Shown here in pieces: positions 7,981-15,705 of a DNA stretch of 64,000 bases. Origin of the DNA: Xanthobacteraceae bacterium (GTDB taxonomy: Bacteria; Pseudomonadota; Alphaproteobacteria; Rhizobiales; Xanthobacteraceae). The position numbers were made by a program, and so were the translations under genes. The notes under the pieces were generated by a model, which was given only the letters and a program-made list of their open reading frames with translations, searched no databases and was not told the origin of the DNA. Every line of letters begins with the position of its first letter. Position 1 is the stretch's first letter. Location: the NCBI GenBank assembly GCA_036490575.1, contig DASXDP010000245.1, forward strand, positions 792 to 64,791. The letters run 5' to 3'.

Positions 7981-8265
7981 ATGCATATTCTCTGGGTCAT
8001 CATCATCGGTTTTGTCGCCGGCATTATCGCGCGCATGCTGGCGCCTGGCCCGAATAATCCAGCCGGCTTTATTCTCACCACGCTCCTCGGCATCGCCGGA
8101 GCGTTCGTCGCCACGTTCATCGGTCAGGCCGTCGGCTGGTATGGCCGCAACGAAGGCGCGGGTCTTATTGGCGCGGTGATCGGCACCGTGGTGGTGCTCT
8201 TCGTGTGGCACCGGCTGGTCACCAACCGGGTGATCTCCGATCCCGGCAGCCGCCGCTGGTTGTAA
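7981..8265 (+). CDS. GlsB/YeaQ/YmgE family stress-response membrane protein
   Basis: ATG at 7981 with GGAGG RBS at 7971-7975. MHILWVIIIGFVAGIIARML.PG......GFILTTLLGIAGAFVATFIG is typical of the transglycosylase-associated family. Confidence 0.85.
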   Translation: MHILWVIIIGFVAGIIARMLAPGPNNPAGFILTTLLGIAGAFVATFIGQAVGWYGRNEGAGLIGAVIGTVVVLFVWHRLVTNRVISDPGSRRWL

Positions 8266-8298
8266 CGAACGGCAGAGCGGCGGTCGGCACGATCGCTG

Positions 8299-8604
8299 CT
8301 AGCGCGCCGCCATCGACCGCCGAGGCGAAACCGCGAAACGCGGCGTACGCCTTTCAACGACCACCGCGCGCGGCGCGCCAATGCGGCCGGTTATGGCCAC
8401 GTGTACGACTTCGCGGCGCTGTCCCAAGCGGAGCACAGCAGCCCTCGCCTCGTCGGCGGGTACTTCCATCAGCGAAGCGACAATCTCGATCTGCTCGTTC
8501 GGATCGGTGGTCAGGCCCTGAGCCGCAACCGCGGCCTCTTCCAATGTGGGCGGATCGCGCCTTACGCGCCGCCGACCGTCCTTCGTCTCCCATATGTCAT
8601 TCAT
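8299..8604 (-). CDS. hypothetical protein
   Basis: Start MNDIWETKDGRRRVRRDPPTLEEA at 8604. Codon usage is coding-like. No family recognised. Confidence 0.45.
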   Translation of the reverse strand: MNDIWETKDGRRRVRRDPPTLEEAAVAAQGLTTDPNEQIEIVASLMEVPADEARAAVLRLGQRREVVHVAITGRIGAPRAVVVERRTPRFAVSPRRSMAAR

Positions 8605-8754
8605 GGCCGCACCTTTTGAATCCACGGCTCACATTATGGGGACCATGCCGCATCGCAGCAAGGAAAATTGTGCAATGCACTAAACGCAGGTCAGACGCGC
8701 GGAACGCCGCTGAAGCAACTGCGTTAGGGGAGCTTTTTTACCAAAAGCGCGCGG

Positions 8755-8949
8755 TTAACGCGGCGCCATATCGCTAAACAGGACGCCGCCTTTGCTTTTG
8801 GCCTGCTTCGCGGTCTCGATCAGGGAAACGGTGACCGATTCAATCGGCACCCCGAGATTCTTGACGACAGCGGCCGTGACGTCCTTCACCAATCCGCGTT
8901 TGTCTTCCAGCGAGCGCCCTTCGAGCAGATAAACAACGATCTCCGGCAT
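8755..8949 (-). CDS. 4-oxalocrotonate tautomerase family protein
   Basis: Start at 8949 with GGAGA RBS gives MPEIVVYLLEGRSLEDKRGLVKDVTAAVVKNLGVPIESVTVSLIE. The Pro1 catalytic residue and ~64 aa size are typical. Confidence 0.85.
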   Translation of the reverse strand: MPEIVVYLLEGRSLEDKRGLVKDVTAAVVKNLGVPIESVTVSLIETAKQAKSKGGVLFSDMAPR

Positions 8950-9078
8950 GACGTTTCTCCGTTTGCTGGCCGGCATGCATGGGCACGAATCAAGCGCCGC
9001 GCACTCTTTCCGGACTTGCCTTAAGTGCGGTTCCCTACTATCGGAAAATGCGGGGTCGGTACAGGGAGCTGGGGGATT

Positions 9079-9324
9079 ATGAAGCGATTAGTCGTTGCCG
9101 CGAGCGTTCTGGCGCTCGGCTTGGCCGCATCCAGTGCGGCGCGCGCCAATTACGCCGTCGTCATGTTCAAGAAAGATGGCTATTGCCGGGTTTGGGCCAA
9201 CGACAAAGCAGTGCCGGCGGGTCCGGGCTGGAAGTATCACTGGGTCGGGCTCAAGAGCTGGGACTTCGCCATGACCAAGAAGCACTACGCGATGCGCCGG
9301 GGCTGGTGCCGCGACTTTCACTAG
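9079..9324 (+). CDS. small secreted two-cysteine protein, paralog 1 of 3
   Basis: Signal peptide MKRLVVAASVLALGLAASSAARA. Mature part is NYAVVMFKKDGYCRVWANDKAVPAGPGWKYHWVGLKSWDFAMTKKHYAMRRGWCRDFH. Confidence 0.7.
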   Translation: MKRLVVAASVLALGLAASSAARANYAVVMFKKDGYCRVWANDKAVPAGPGWKYHWVGLKSWDFAMTKKHYAMRRGWCRDFH

Positions 9325-9365
9325 CGTTTGGACCGGAGGGGTCCGTTTAACAGAGGGGGTAAGTG

Positions 9366-9611
9366 ATGAAGAAGTTGAGCATGGGATTTGCGGCATTGGC
9401 GTTGCTCGTTGCCGCCGCGGCACCGGCGAGCGCCGATTTCGCCGTCGTGAAATTCGGTGACAAGACCTGCCGCGCTTGGGCCGATCACAAAGCCGCACCG
9501 GCGCATCCCGGCTGGAAATATCTCTGGGTCAGTGTTCCATCTTGGGAAGTGGCGCAGGGCAAGGGCGCTTACGCCATGAAGCACCATTGGTGCCGGACCT
9601 GGTGGAAGTAA
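9366..9611 (+). CDS. small secreted two-cysteine protein, paralog 2 of 3
   Basis: GAGGGGG RBS lies 6 nt before the ATG at 9366. Signal peptide MKKLSMGFAALALLVAAAAPASA. Mature part is DFAVVKFGDKTCRAWADHKAAPAHPGWKYLWVSVPSWEVAQGKGAYAMKHHWCRTWWK. Confidence 0.75.
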   Translation: MKKLSMGFAALALLVAAAAPASADFAVVKFGDKTCRAWADHKAAPAHPGWKYLWVSVPSWEVAQGKGAYAMKHHWCRTWWK

Positions 9612-9634
9612 TTCGTCGCACGCTGACGTGATTG

Positions 9635-9668
9635 ACCGCCCGCCCAATTGGCGGGCGGTTTGTTTTTT
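9635..9668 (+). terminator. Rho-independent terminator after paralog 2
   Basis: Stem accgcccgcc (9635-9644) pairs with ggcgggcggt (9650-9659) around the loop caatt, followed by ttgtttttt. Confidence 0.85.
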
Positions 9669-9809
9669 GGCCAACATTTTCCGTGCACGCGATTATGGCG
9701 CGATGGCCGGATCTCCCCCTTCGCCGGCGCGGGAACTCCCTCGTCATTTTATTTGGGGAACTCACTTCCGGCTTCCAGAGTTTTTCCGGATGTAATCAGG
9801 GAGAACAGC

Positions 9810-10043
9810 ATGAAACACTTTGCACTCGCTATCGGCTTTCTGACGATCGCACTGGCCGCATCGACGACGGCGCGCGCCGACTACGCCGTCATTCAGTTCG
9901 GCGATGGGCGTTGCGAGATTTGGCAGGACAGCGGAAGCGATCCGGCGGGCGCCGGATGGACGAAGCTCGCGTTCGGCTTTGCGGATTACGTGGCCGCGCA
10001 AGACGCGCGCGACGCCGCGTTTGCGCAAGGCGTTTGCCGGTAA
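9810..10043 (+). CDS. small secreted two-cysteine protein, paralog 3 of 3 (most divergent)
   Basis: GGGAGA RBS lies 6 nt before the ATG at 9810. Signal peptide MKHFALAIGFLTIALAASTTARA. Mature part is DYAVIQFGDGRCEIWQDSGSDPAGAGWTKLAFGFADYVAAQDARDAAFAQGVCR. Confidence 0.7.
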   Translation: MKHFALAIGFLTIALAASTTARADYAVIQFGDGRCEIWQDSGSDPAGAGWTKLAFGFADYVAAQDARDAAFAQGVCR

Positions 10044-10081
10044 ACAGCCTGAAGTTTATGGGGCAGATACGAAAGTAGAAA

Positions 10082-10105
10082 CGGCGCGGCGGTTATGCCG
10101 CGCCG
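10082..10105. terminator. GC-rich hairpin between convergent genes (possible bidirectional terminator)
   Basis: cggcgcggc-ggttat-gccgcgccg forms a 9-bp stem. There is no clean T-tract on the plus strand and only a weak one on the minus strand. Confidence 0.4.
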
Positions 10106-10112
10106 CTGCGCT

Positions 10113-10856
10113 TTATCTGACTTGATGATCGTTGAAGAATGAATTGCCGCCGAGAATATTCCGGAACAGGTCGAACGGGCCAGCGACATCGCGATCGCGT
10201 GAGTTCAGATCGGCACGCGCGGTCCGGACGCGCACCGCTTGTGCTTTTTTGGCGGCCATCCGCGGCGACGGTCCTGGCGCGGCCTTGGTCGACATTTCCG
10301 CCGAGGCATCGTCACGCAACGCTGGCGCTTCAGCTAAAGCCGCGACATTCGCCGCCTGTGCGGCGCGGGTAGTTTTCTTTGGCGCCAATGCCGGCGCCAT
10401 TCTGCCGGGCACATCCGCTCGATCGTCGCTCAGCGCCGGCGCTTCGGCCAAAGCCGTGAGCGCGGCAGGATGTTGAAACGTCGCCACCGAATGTGATTCC
10501 GCGGCTGCAAAATCCTTCACGTCTCGATGTTCCGCGATCGGCCGCGCCGACGCTTGCGAAGCGGCGACGGGCGGCGCGTTGATTTCCAACATTTCAGCTC
10601 TGGCGGGCGAAGCCACAGATTTTAGCGGGTCATTCGGCGAGTTATTGGGCAGGTCCTCGGACTCACCCAATTGCGCCATGGTACGCGCCGCGACGGAAAG
10701 ATCGACGGCCGGGCGCGCAATGAACGCGACGGCAACCGCCATTCCGGAAACGGTCCCTATTGCGCCCGCGACAAGCGCCATACGAAAGCTGCGCATGAAT
10801 CCCGGCCTTGGAGCCAAGTAGCCCCACTCCGGATTGAAATTGCCGGTATTCGGCAT
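10113..10856 (-). CDS. membrane-anchored Ala/Pro-rich hypothetical protein with an internal repeat
   Basis: 247 aa with GGAGG RBS. One TM helix (FRMALVAGAIGTVSGMAVAVAFIA). Internal repeat: ALTALAEAPALSDDRADVPGRMAPALAPKKTTRAAQA versus VAALAEAPALRDDASAEMSTKAAPGPSPRMAAKKAQA. Confidence 0.6.
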   Translation of the reverse strand: MPNTGNFNPEWGYLAPRPGFMRSFRMALVAGAIGTVSGMAVAVAFIARPAVDLSVAARTMAQLGESEDLPNNSPNDPLKSVASPARAEMLEINAPPVAASQASARPIAEHRDVKDFAAAESHSVATFQHPAALTALAEAPALSDDRADVPGRMAPALAPKKTTRAAQAANVAALAEAPALRDDASAEMSTKAAPGPSPRMAAKKAQAVRVRTARADLNSRDRDVAGPFDLFRNILGGNSFFNDHQVR

Positions 10857-11009
10857 GACGACCTCCGAGACAGACCTTTATTGTTCGCCCGCCCCTAATG
10901 CCGTCCATTGTTCAAACGCATCCATTAAGAACCCGTTCCTGACAACACGAACGAAAGAATGCGGGAACTGTTAACCACGACGGCTGCCAACATACGTCTC
11001 CGTCCCCGC

Positions 11010-11636
11010 TCAGGATGCCGCGACTGCCTCGGCGGCCGGACGCGGCCTTGCGTTTGTTCCGCCGAGATGATCGCCGATCCAGCCCGGGATGCCGCCGAGC
11101 GTGGAGATCACTCGATGCGTGACCGACACGACGTGATCCTTAAGCCCCGCCGTCTTGGCGATCAGTAATTGAGGACCCTGGGAAGGCGAGACGACGCTTT
11201 CAGGTTGTTGGGCTTCGGCGATGACGAGCGGCGTCGATGCAGTTGACGGCGCAACTGCCAGCGACGGTGGCGCGGCCGCGACCCTTACGCGTGAAACCGC
11301 GGACTTGGCCGGAACGGCGGGCGTCGATATGCGCGCGATGGCACTTCCGGGAGCGGCTTCGCCATTTCCGCGGCGCGACATGTTGTCTGCGGCGAGCTCG
11401 GTTTTTTCACGCTCGAGCTGCGCGTTCATGAAGCTGACGATCAGCCCGTGCTCGTCACGCAGCAGCCGCATCATTTCCGTAGAAGCCGGTTCCGCGCGGG
11501 CGGCCACCTCGGGGGCACGGCCAAGGCCATAGTGGGCGAACAGGACACCACCGATCAGGCTCGCGGCAGTCGCCGGCAGGAAATCGAGAACAAGCTTGCT
11601 CGCGAAGCGCGCCACCAGCGTTTCATGGTACCGCAT
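11010..11636 (-). CDS. membrane-anchored hypothetical protein
   Basis: Start MRYHE at 11636 with GGAGGA RBS. One TM helix (LVLDFLPATAASLIGGVLFAHYGL), then a coiled/low-complexity Ala/Pro/Ser-rich region. Confidence 0.6.
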   Translation of the reverse strand: MRYHETLVARFASKLVLDFLPATAASLIGGVLFAHYGLGRAPEVAARAEPASTEMMRLLRDEHGLIVSFMNAQLEREKTELAADNMSRRGNGEAAPGSAIARISTPAVPAKSAVSRVRVAAAPPSLAVAPSTASTPLVIAEAQQPESVVSPSQGPQLLIAKTAGLKDHVVSVTHRVISTLGGIPGWIGDHLGGTNARPRPAAEAVAAS

Positions 11637-11733
11637 GACGACTCCTCCATCCCGGTATTTTTCAAACGACTGGTTGAATTTCAAACAGACGTTATAGGCG
11701 CGTTGTGGCCCGGAGCAAGGATTTTTGGCGGCG

Positions 11734-11771
11734 AACTGGCGGATTTCTGGGGGAAAAACTGGCGAATTTTC
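11734..11771. promoter_or_regulatory. direct repeat AACTGGCGGATTTC / AACTGGCGAATTTTC upstream of the 11636 gene
   Basis: Two near-identical 14-15-mers at 11734-11747 and 11757-11771, with starts 23 bp apart, about 100-135 bp upstream of the start codon at 11636. Confidence 0.35.
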
Positions 11772-11786
11772 CGCCTCAGGAAGGAT

Positions 11787-12464
11787 CTAAGCGTGCGATC
11801 CGAGCCCGGCGATTGCCCAACCGCTGACGAGCTCGGCCAGCTGTTCGATGGCCGCCTCGTCCAATTGAAGTGACATGGGAGGGCCGGCAAGCCGCTCGCG
11901 GTTGCGCACGAACACCCCGCATTGGCCAACGAGCCAGATTGCTGCGAGCGTCAACGTGCGCTGGTCAGCCGCCGGCATGAAGCGGCTGATGATATCGGTG
12001 GCAAGCCCCATGAACGGGGCCACCTCCTGGCTCAAAAGCTCGCGAAACACCGCGGTCGGCCGCACCGTTTCCCAATTGAAGATTCGGATTGGACGCGTAA
12101 GCTCGTCGCGCTGCAAAAGTCCTCGCAACTGGTAGCGGACGAATTCGGCCAGCGCACGCTCGCGCGACAAGGCTTTGATTTCAGCGGCATGCGAAGTCTG
12201 ACCTTCGGTCAGCGCGCGAAATGCCGAGCGCAGCACCTCGCGGTACAAACCATCCTTGCCGTCGAAGTGGTAATTGATCGCGGCTTGGTTGACCCGCGCC
12301 TTCGCGACGATTGCGCGAATGCTGGTATGATCGTAGCCGCGCTCGGCAAACAGCCGCTCGGCGGCCCTCATGATGCGGTCGCGGGTAATGTCGGATGGTC
12401 TAGTCACTAGCAGCCTTTTTTCAAACCCTCGTTTGAATTTGGCATAAGCTGTTTGCTCCGCCAA
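11787..12464 (-). CDS. TetR/AcrR family transcriptional regulator
   Basis: RDRIMRAAERLFAERGYDHTSIRAIVAKARVNQAAINYHFDGKDGLY is a canonical TetR HTH. The start is uncertain. The ORF opens with TTG at 12464, and GTG at 12407 (MTRPSDITRDRI) is equally plausible. Confidence 0.88.
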   Translation of the reverse strand: MAEQTAYAKFKRGFEKRLLVTRPSDITRDRIMRAAERLFAERGYDHTSIRAIVAKARVNQAAINYHFDGKDGLYREVLRSAFRALTEGQTSHAAEIKALSRERALAEFVRYQLRGLLQRDELTRPIRIFNWETVRPTAVFRELLSQEVAPFMGLATDIISRFMPAADQRTLTLAAIWLVGQCGVFVRNRERLAGPPMSLQLDEAAIEQLAELVSGWAIAGLGSHA

Positions 12465-12536
12465 TGCAAACGCTTTCAGTTCTCAACCCGGCCGCGCTGC
12501 ATGACACCGCCAAGCGACACGGTTATCGTCATTGTC

Positions 12537-13106
12537 ATGAGCGAAGATCGACGGATCGAAGGTTACGCCATCGTCTCCCTGGACGGCATGATTGCCAACG
12601 CCGCCGGCGTCATGCCGGACGTTATTCGCAACGGCGCCGATCAGAAGTTCCTGCAATCCGAGCTTGATCGGGCCGCCGTCATCGTCAATGGCCGCCATTC
12701 GGATGAAGGCGGGCCGCGCGCAGCGCGGCGCAAGCGGCTCGTGCTGACCCGTCAGGTCCCTTCCCTTTCCAGCGATGCGGCACATCCCGATGCACTTCGC
12801 TGGAACCCCGCCGGCGCAACTCTGGACGAGGCTTTAGCCCGGCTTGGCGTCACCCATGGCCTGGTCGCGATCTTGGGCGGCACGGAAGTGTTCGACTTGT
12901 TCCTGCCTCTCTATGACGCGTTCCATTTGACCCGCGCCGCGCATGCGAAAATCCCCAATGGCCGGCCGGTATTCTCAGAGGTCGGGCCGCAGACAACGCC
13001 GGAAGATGTGCTTGCCGGCGCTGGTCTGAAACCGGGCGCCCGGAGAGATCTCGACGGGGCCGCTGGAGTCACCTTGACTACCTGGATCCGCGAGGCAGCG
13101 AAGTGA
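12537..13106 (+). CDS. dihydrofolate-reductase-like (RibD C-terminal domain) family protein
   Basis: ATG at 12537. IEGYAIVSLDGMIA and later GGTEVFDLFLPLYDAFHLTRA resemble the DHFR-like RibD_C fold. It is divergent from the TetR gene. Confidence 0.6.
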   Translation: MSEDRRIEGYAIVSLDGMIANAAGVMPDVIRNGADQKFLQSELDRAAVIVNGRHSDEGGPRAARRKRLVLTRQVPSLSSDAAHPDALRWNPAGATLDEALARLGVTHGLVAILGGTEVFDLFLPLYDAFHLTRAAHAKIPNGRPVFSEVGPQTTPEDVLAGAGLKPGARRDLDGAAGVTLTTWIREAAK

Positions 13107-13163
13107 CCGGGCCGCTAACCGCGGGCGGATGACGAACCGCCGTGCAAGGCCTACTTTTGCGAC

Positions 13164-13529
13164 ATGGCACTTCCATCTTCTCAAGGGCAGGCGGGAAGGA
13201 TCCGCGGAAACGTCCTCGAATATGAGATTGGCCAAGAACAGGCCGCGGCGCTGGGCCGTCTCGGCCGCGCCCTGGAAACGGCCCTGACCAGTCTGGCAGC
13301 CTATGACGCCACCGCGCCTGCCTCGGGCAATGGCGGCCGGCCGCCGGGAAAACCCGCCCGCAAGGAGCTACTTGAAGCTGCAGGCTATGCGCTGTGGTGT
13401 TTTATCATCCTGCGGGAAGCGTGCGGGCTTCGCGACCAGGCAACCGTCATCCGCGAGTACCGCATCCCGGCTGACGTTCGCAACCGAATGGGCGTGTTCC
13501 CCAGCCGCGTCCAAGGCTTCGAGCGCTAA
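13164..13529 (+). CDS. hypothetical protein
   Basis: 121-aa ORF with protein-like composition (LGRLGRALETALTSLAAYDA...ELLEAAGYALWCFIILREACGLRD). No family recognised. Confidence 0.5.
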   Translation: MALPSSQGQAGRIRGNVLEYEIGQEQAAALGRLGRALETALTSLAAYDATAPASGNGGRPPGKPARKELLEAAGYALWCFIILREACGLRDQATVIREYRIPADVRNRMGVFPSRVQGFER

Positions 13530-13570
13530 CCGTCCCGTAGCCCCCGCGCAGCAAGCCTTTATTCACCGTT

Positions 13571-14731
13571 ATGGCGGCATTTTCTACCCTGATGGCGCAG
13601 GATGCTCCGCTACCGATCCTTGACCCCTCGATCATGGGCGAGCTCGATGCTGCGCTGAAATCGGGAAGCGAGGCGCGCCGGATCGACATGCTGGCGCGCA
13701 TCGCCGACGTCTTCGCCGCCGATGCACCGCGCTATTCCGAAGAGCAGCTTCGCCTTTTCGACGAACTCATGGTGCGCCTCATCGAGTCGGTGGGACCGAA
13801 AGCGCGCGCGGCGCTCGCCGCCAAGCTGGCGCCGATTGAAAATGCTCCTTCGGGAGTGGTCCACGCGCTCGCCTTCGATCACGACATCCAGGTGGCGGGC
13901 CCGGTTTTGACACGGTCAGAGCGCCTGACCGAGCCGGCGCTCCTTGCCAGCGCCAAGACGAAGAGTTTGCAACACCTTCTCGCCGTATCGCGGCGCCGCG
14001 CGCTTGGCGAAGCGGTGACCGACCTTCTAATCGAACGCGGCGACCGCAAGCTCAATCTTTCAACGGCGAGGAACCGCAGCGCCCGCATTTCCGACTTCGG
14101 TTTTCGCCTTCTGGTCAAATGGGCAACCGGCGACGACGAGCTGGCGGCCGTCGTCGGGATGCGCCCGGATATTCCGCGGCCTCATTTCCTTGTTCTGCTG
14201 GAGAATGCCTCACGCAATGTGCGCGCCCAACTCGCCGCTGCCAATCCGCAGGCAGAAAGCGCCGCGGAAAAAACCGTGAATGACGTCGTCAGTACGGTTG
14301 ACAGCAATGCGCCGGCAAGACAGGCGGCCATGCTTGCACGGCTGGAGCGCCAGCATCGCCTCGGCCAGCTGACCGAAATGGAAATCGCCCGGTTTGCCAG
14401 CGATCACAAACTGGACGAAACCACCGCCGGCCTCGCGATCGTGTGCGACATGCCGGCCGACGTTGTCGAACGGGCGCTCCTTGATCGAAATTCCGAGCTG
14501 ACACTTATCCTCGCCAAGGTTGCCGGACTGACGGCGGAATCGACGCGGGCAGTGCTTGCCTTGCGCGGACCGGAGCACGGCGCATCCTCGCAGGATATCG
14601 AGCGCGCGCTCGATAACTACGATCGGCTGCCGGTCGACACGGCGTGTCGCGTGCTTGGCTTCTTCCGCGACCGCGCGAAAGGATCGACGGGATCCGCATC
14701 CGAACGAGCAAGAGCGGTCAACAGTTGGTGA
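13571..14731 (+). CDS. DUF2336 domain-containing protein
   Basis: 386 aa, all-helical repeat protein. RYSEEQLRLFDELMVRLIESVGPKARAALAAKLAPIENAPSGVVHALAFDHDIQVAGPVLTRSERL is typical of the alphaproteobacterial DUF2336 family as I recall it. Confidence 0.7.
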   Translation: MAAFSTLMAQDAPLPILDPSIMGELDAALKSGSEARRIDMLARIADVFAADAPRYSEEQLRLFDELMVRLIESVGPKARAALAAKLAPIENAPSGVVHALAFDHDIQVAGPVLTRSERLTEPALLASAKTKSLQHLLAVSRRRALGEAVTDLLIERGDRKLNLSTARNRSARISDFGFRLLVKWATGDDELAAVVGMRPDIPRPHFLVLLENASRNVRAQLAAANPQAESAAEKTVNDVVSTVDSNAPARQAAMLARLERQHRLGQLTEMEIARFASDHKLDETTAGLAIVCDMPADVVERALLDRNSELTLILAKVAGLTAESTRAVLALRGPEHGASSQDIERALDNYDRLPVDTACRVLGFFRDRAKGSTGSASERARAVNSW

Positions 14732-14945
14732 GGCGCCGCCCTAAACCGGCTTTCACCGCCGGCAGAATTGACGCCTCATCGAGGGTCCTGCCTTGCCTTC
14801 GCTTAGCTGCCCAAGCCCATCTCATATCGGCAAAGGCTATTGCCCACCACGTCACCCATTTGTCGTTTTTGGCGCTTCGCTTTCCTCCGCCGAGCAAGAT
14901 GCTCTAGAATGCGACCACGAAGCAGCACTTGGGAGGAGTATTGCC

Positions 14946-15620
14946 ATGAAGCTTTATATGCACCCGGTTTCGATGACGAGCCGCCCGGTGCGGCTATTCA
15001 TTGCCGAAAATAAAATCCCGGTCGACGAAGTCACCGTCGACCTGTTCACCGGCGAACAATATCAGCCGACCTACACCCAGATTAATCCGAACAACCTCGT
15101 TCCGATGATCGAGGATGGCGACCTGCGCCTGACCGAAAGCTCAGCGATCCTCAAGTACCTCGCCGACAAGATCGGATCGCCTGCCTACCCGAAGGATTTG
15201 AAAGAACGCGCCAAGGTCAACGAAGTCATGGACTGGCTCAACACCAATTTTTATCGGGAGTGGGCGTACAATCTTTGTTACCCGCAGCTATTCCCGCATC
15301 TCAAGCGCCGCAGCGATGAAGCGCAGGCGGCGACTATCGAGTTCGGTCAGCAAAATTCAAAACGCTGGCTGCAAATCCTCAACGATCACTGGATCGGACC
15401 GAAGAAGCAATTTCTGTGCGGCGACAAAATCACCATTGCCGATTATTTCGGTGCGGCGCTGGTGACGCTGGGCGAAGTCATCCGCTGCGACTTCTCGGCC
15501 TACCCGAATGTCGAGCGCTGGCTCAACAACGTGAAGAAATTGCCGAGCTGGCCGAAAGTGAACGAGGTGTTCTATGGCCTCGTCGACTCGGTCAAGGGCC
15601 AAGAGTTTCACGCCGTCTAA
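14946..15620 (+). CDS. glutathione S-transferase family protein
   Basis: ATG at 14946 with GGGAGGA RBS. Thioredoxin-like N-domain (MKLYMHPVSMTSRPVRLFIAENKIP...VPMIEDGDLRLTESSAILKYLA) and helical C-domain (ITIADYF). Confidence 0.88.
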   Translation: MKLYMHPVSMTSRPVRLFIAENKIPVDEVTVDLFTGEQYQPTYTQINPNNLVPMIEDGDLRLTESSAILKYLADKIGSPAYPKDLKERAKVNEVMDWLNTNFYREWAYNLCYPQLFPHLKRRSDEAQAATIEFGQQNSKRWLQILNDHWIGPKKQFLCGDKITIADYFGAALVTLGEVIRCDFSAYPNVERWLNNVKKLPSWPKVNEVFYGLVDSVKGQEFHAV

Positions 15621-15655
15621 TCCCAACGAAACAAAAGGGCCGGCGCCGGCCGGAG

Positions 15656-15683
15656 AAGAGGACGGAGGCTTGTCCGTCCTCTT
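15656..15683 (+). other. 11-bp perfect hairpin in the GST to MetE-like spacer
   Basis: aagaggacgga-ggcttg-tccgtcctctt. There is no T-tract. It may be an RNA processing/stability element or a weak attenuator. Confidence 0.5.
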
Positions 15684-15705
15684 GCCGGCGCGCCGCCGCA
15701 TTCCC

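Noticed and set aside
15574-15705. N-terminal extensions of the two MetE-like ORFs in the ORF track (15574.. and 16326..).
   Set aside because: The extensions are low-complexity, and the second overlaps copy 1 in a different frame for about 600 nt. Both paralogs align from M(Q/R)(T/A)S(R/T)DHILTS, which gives starts at 15706 and 16980.
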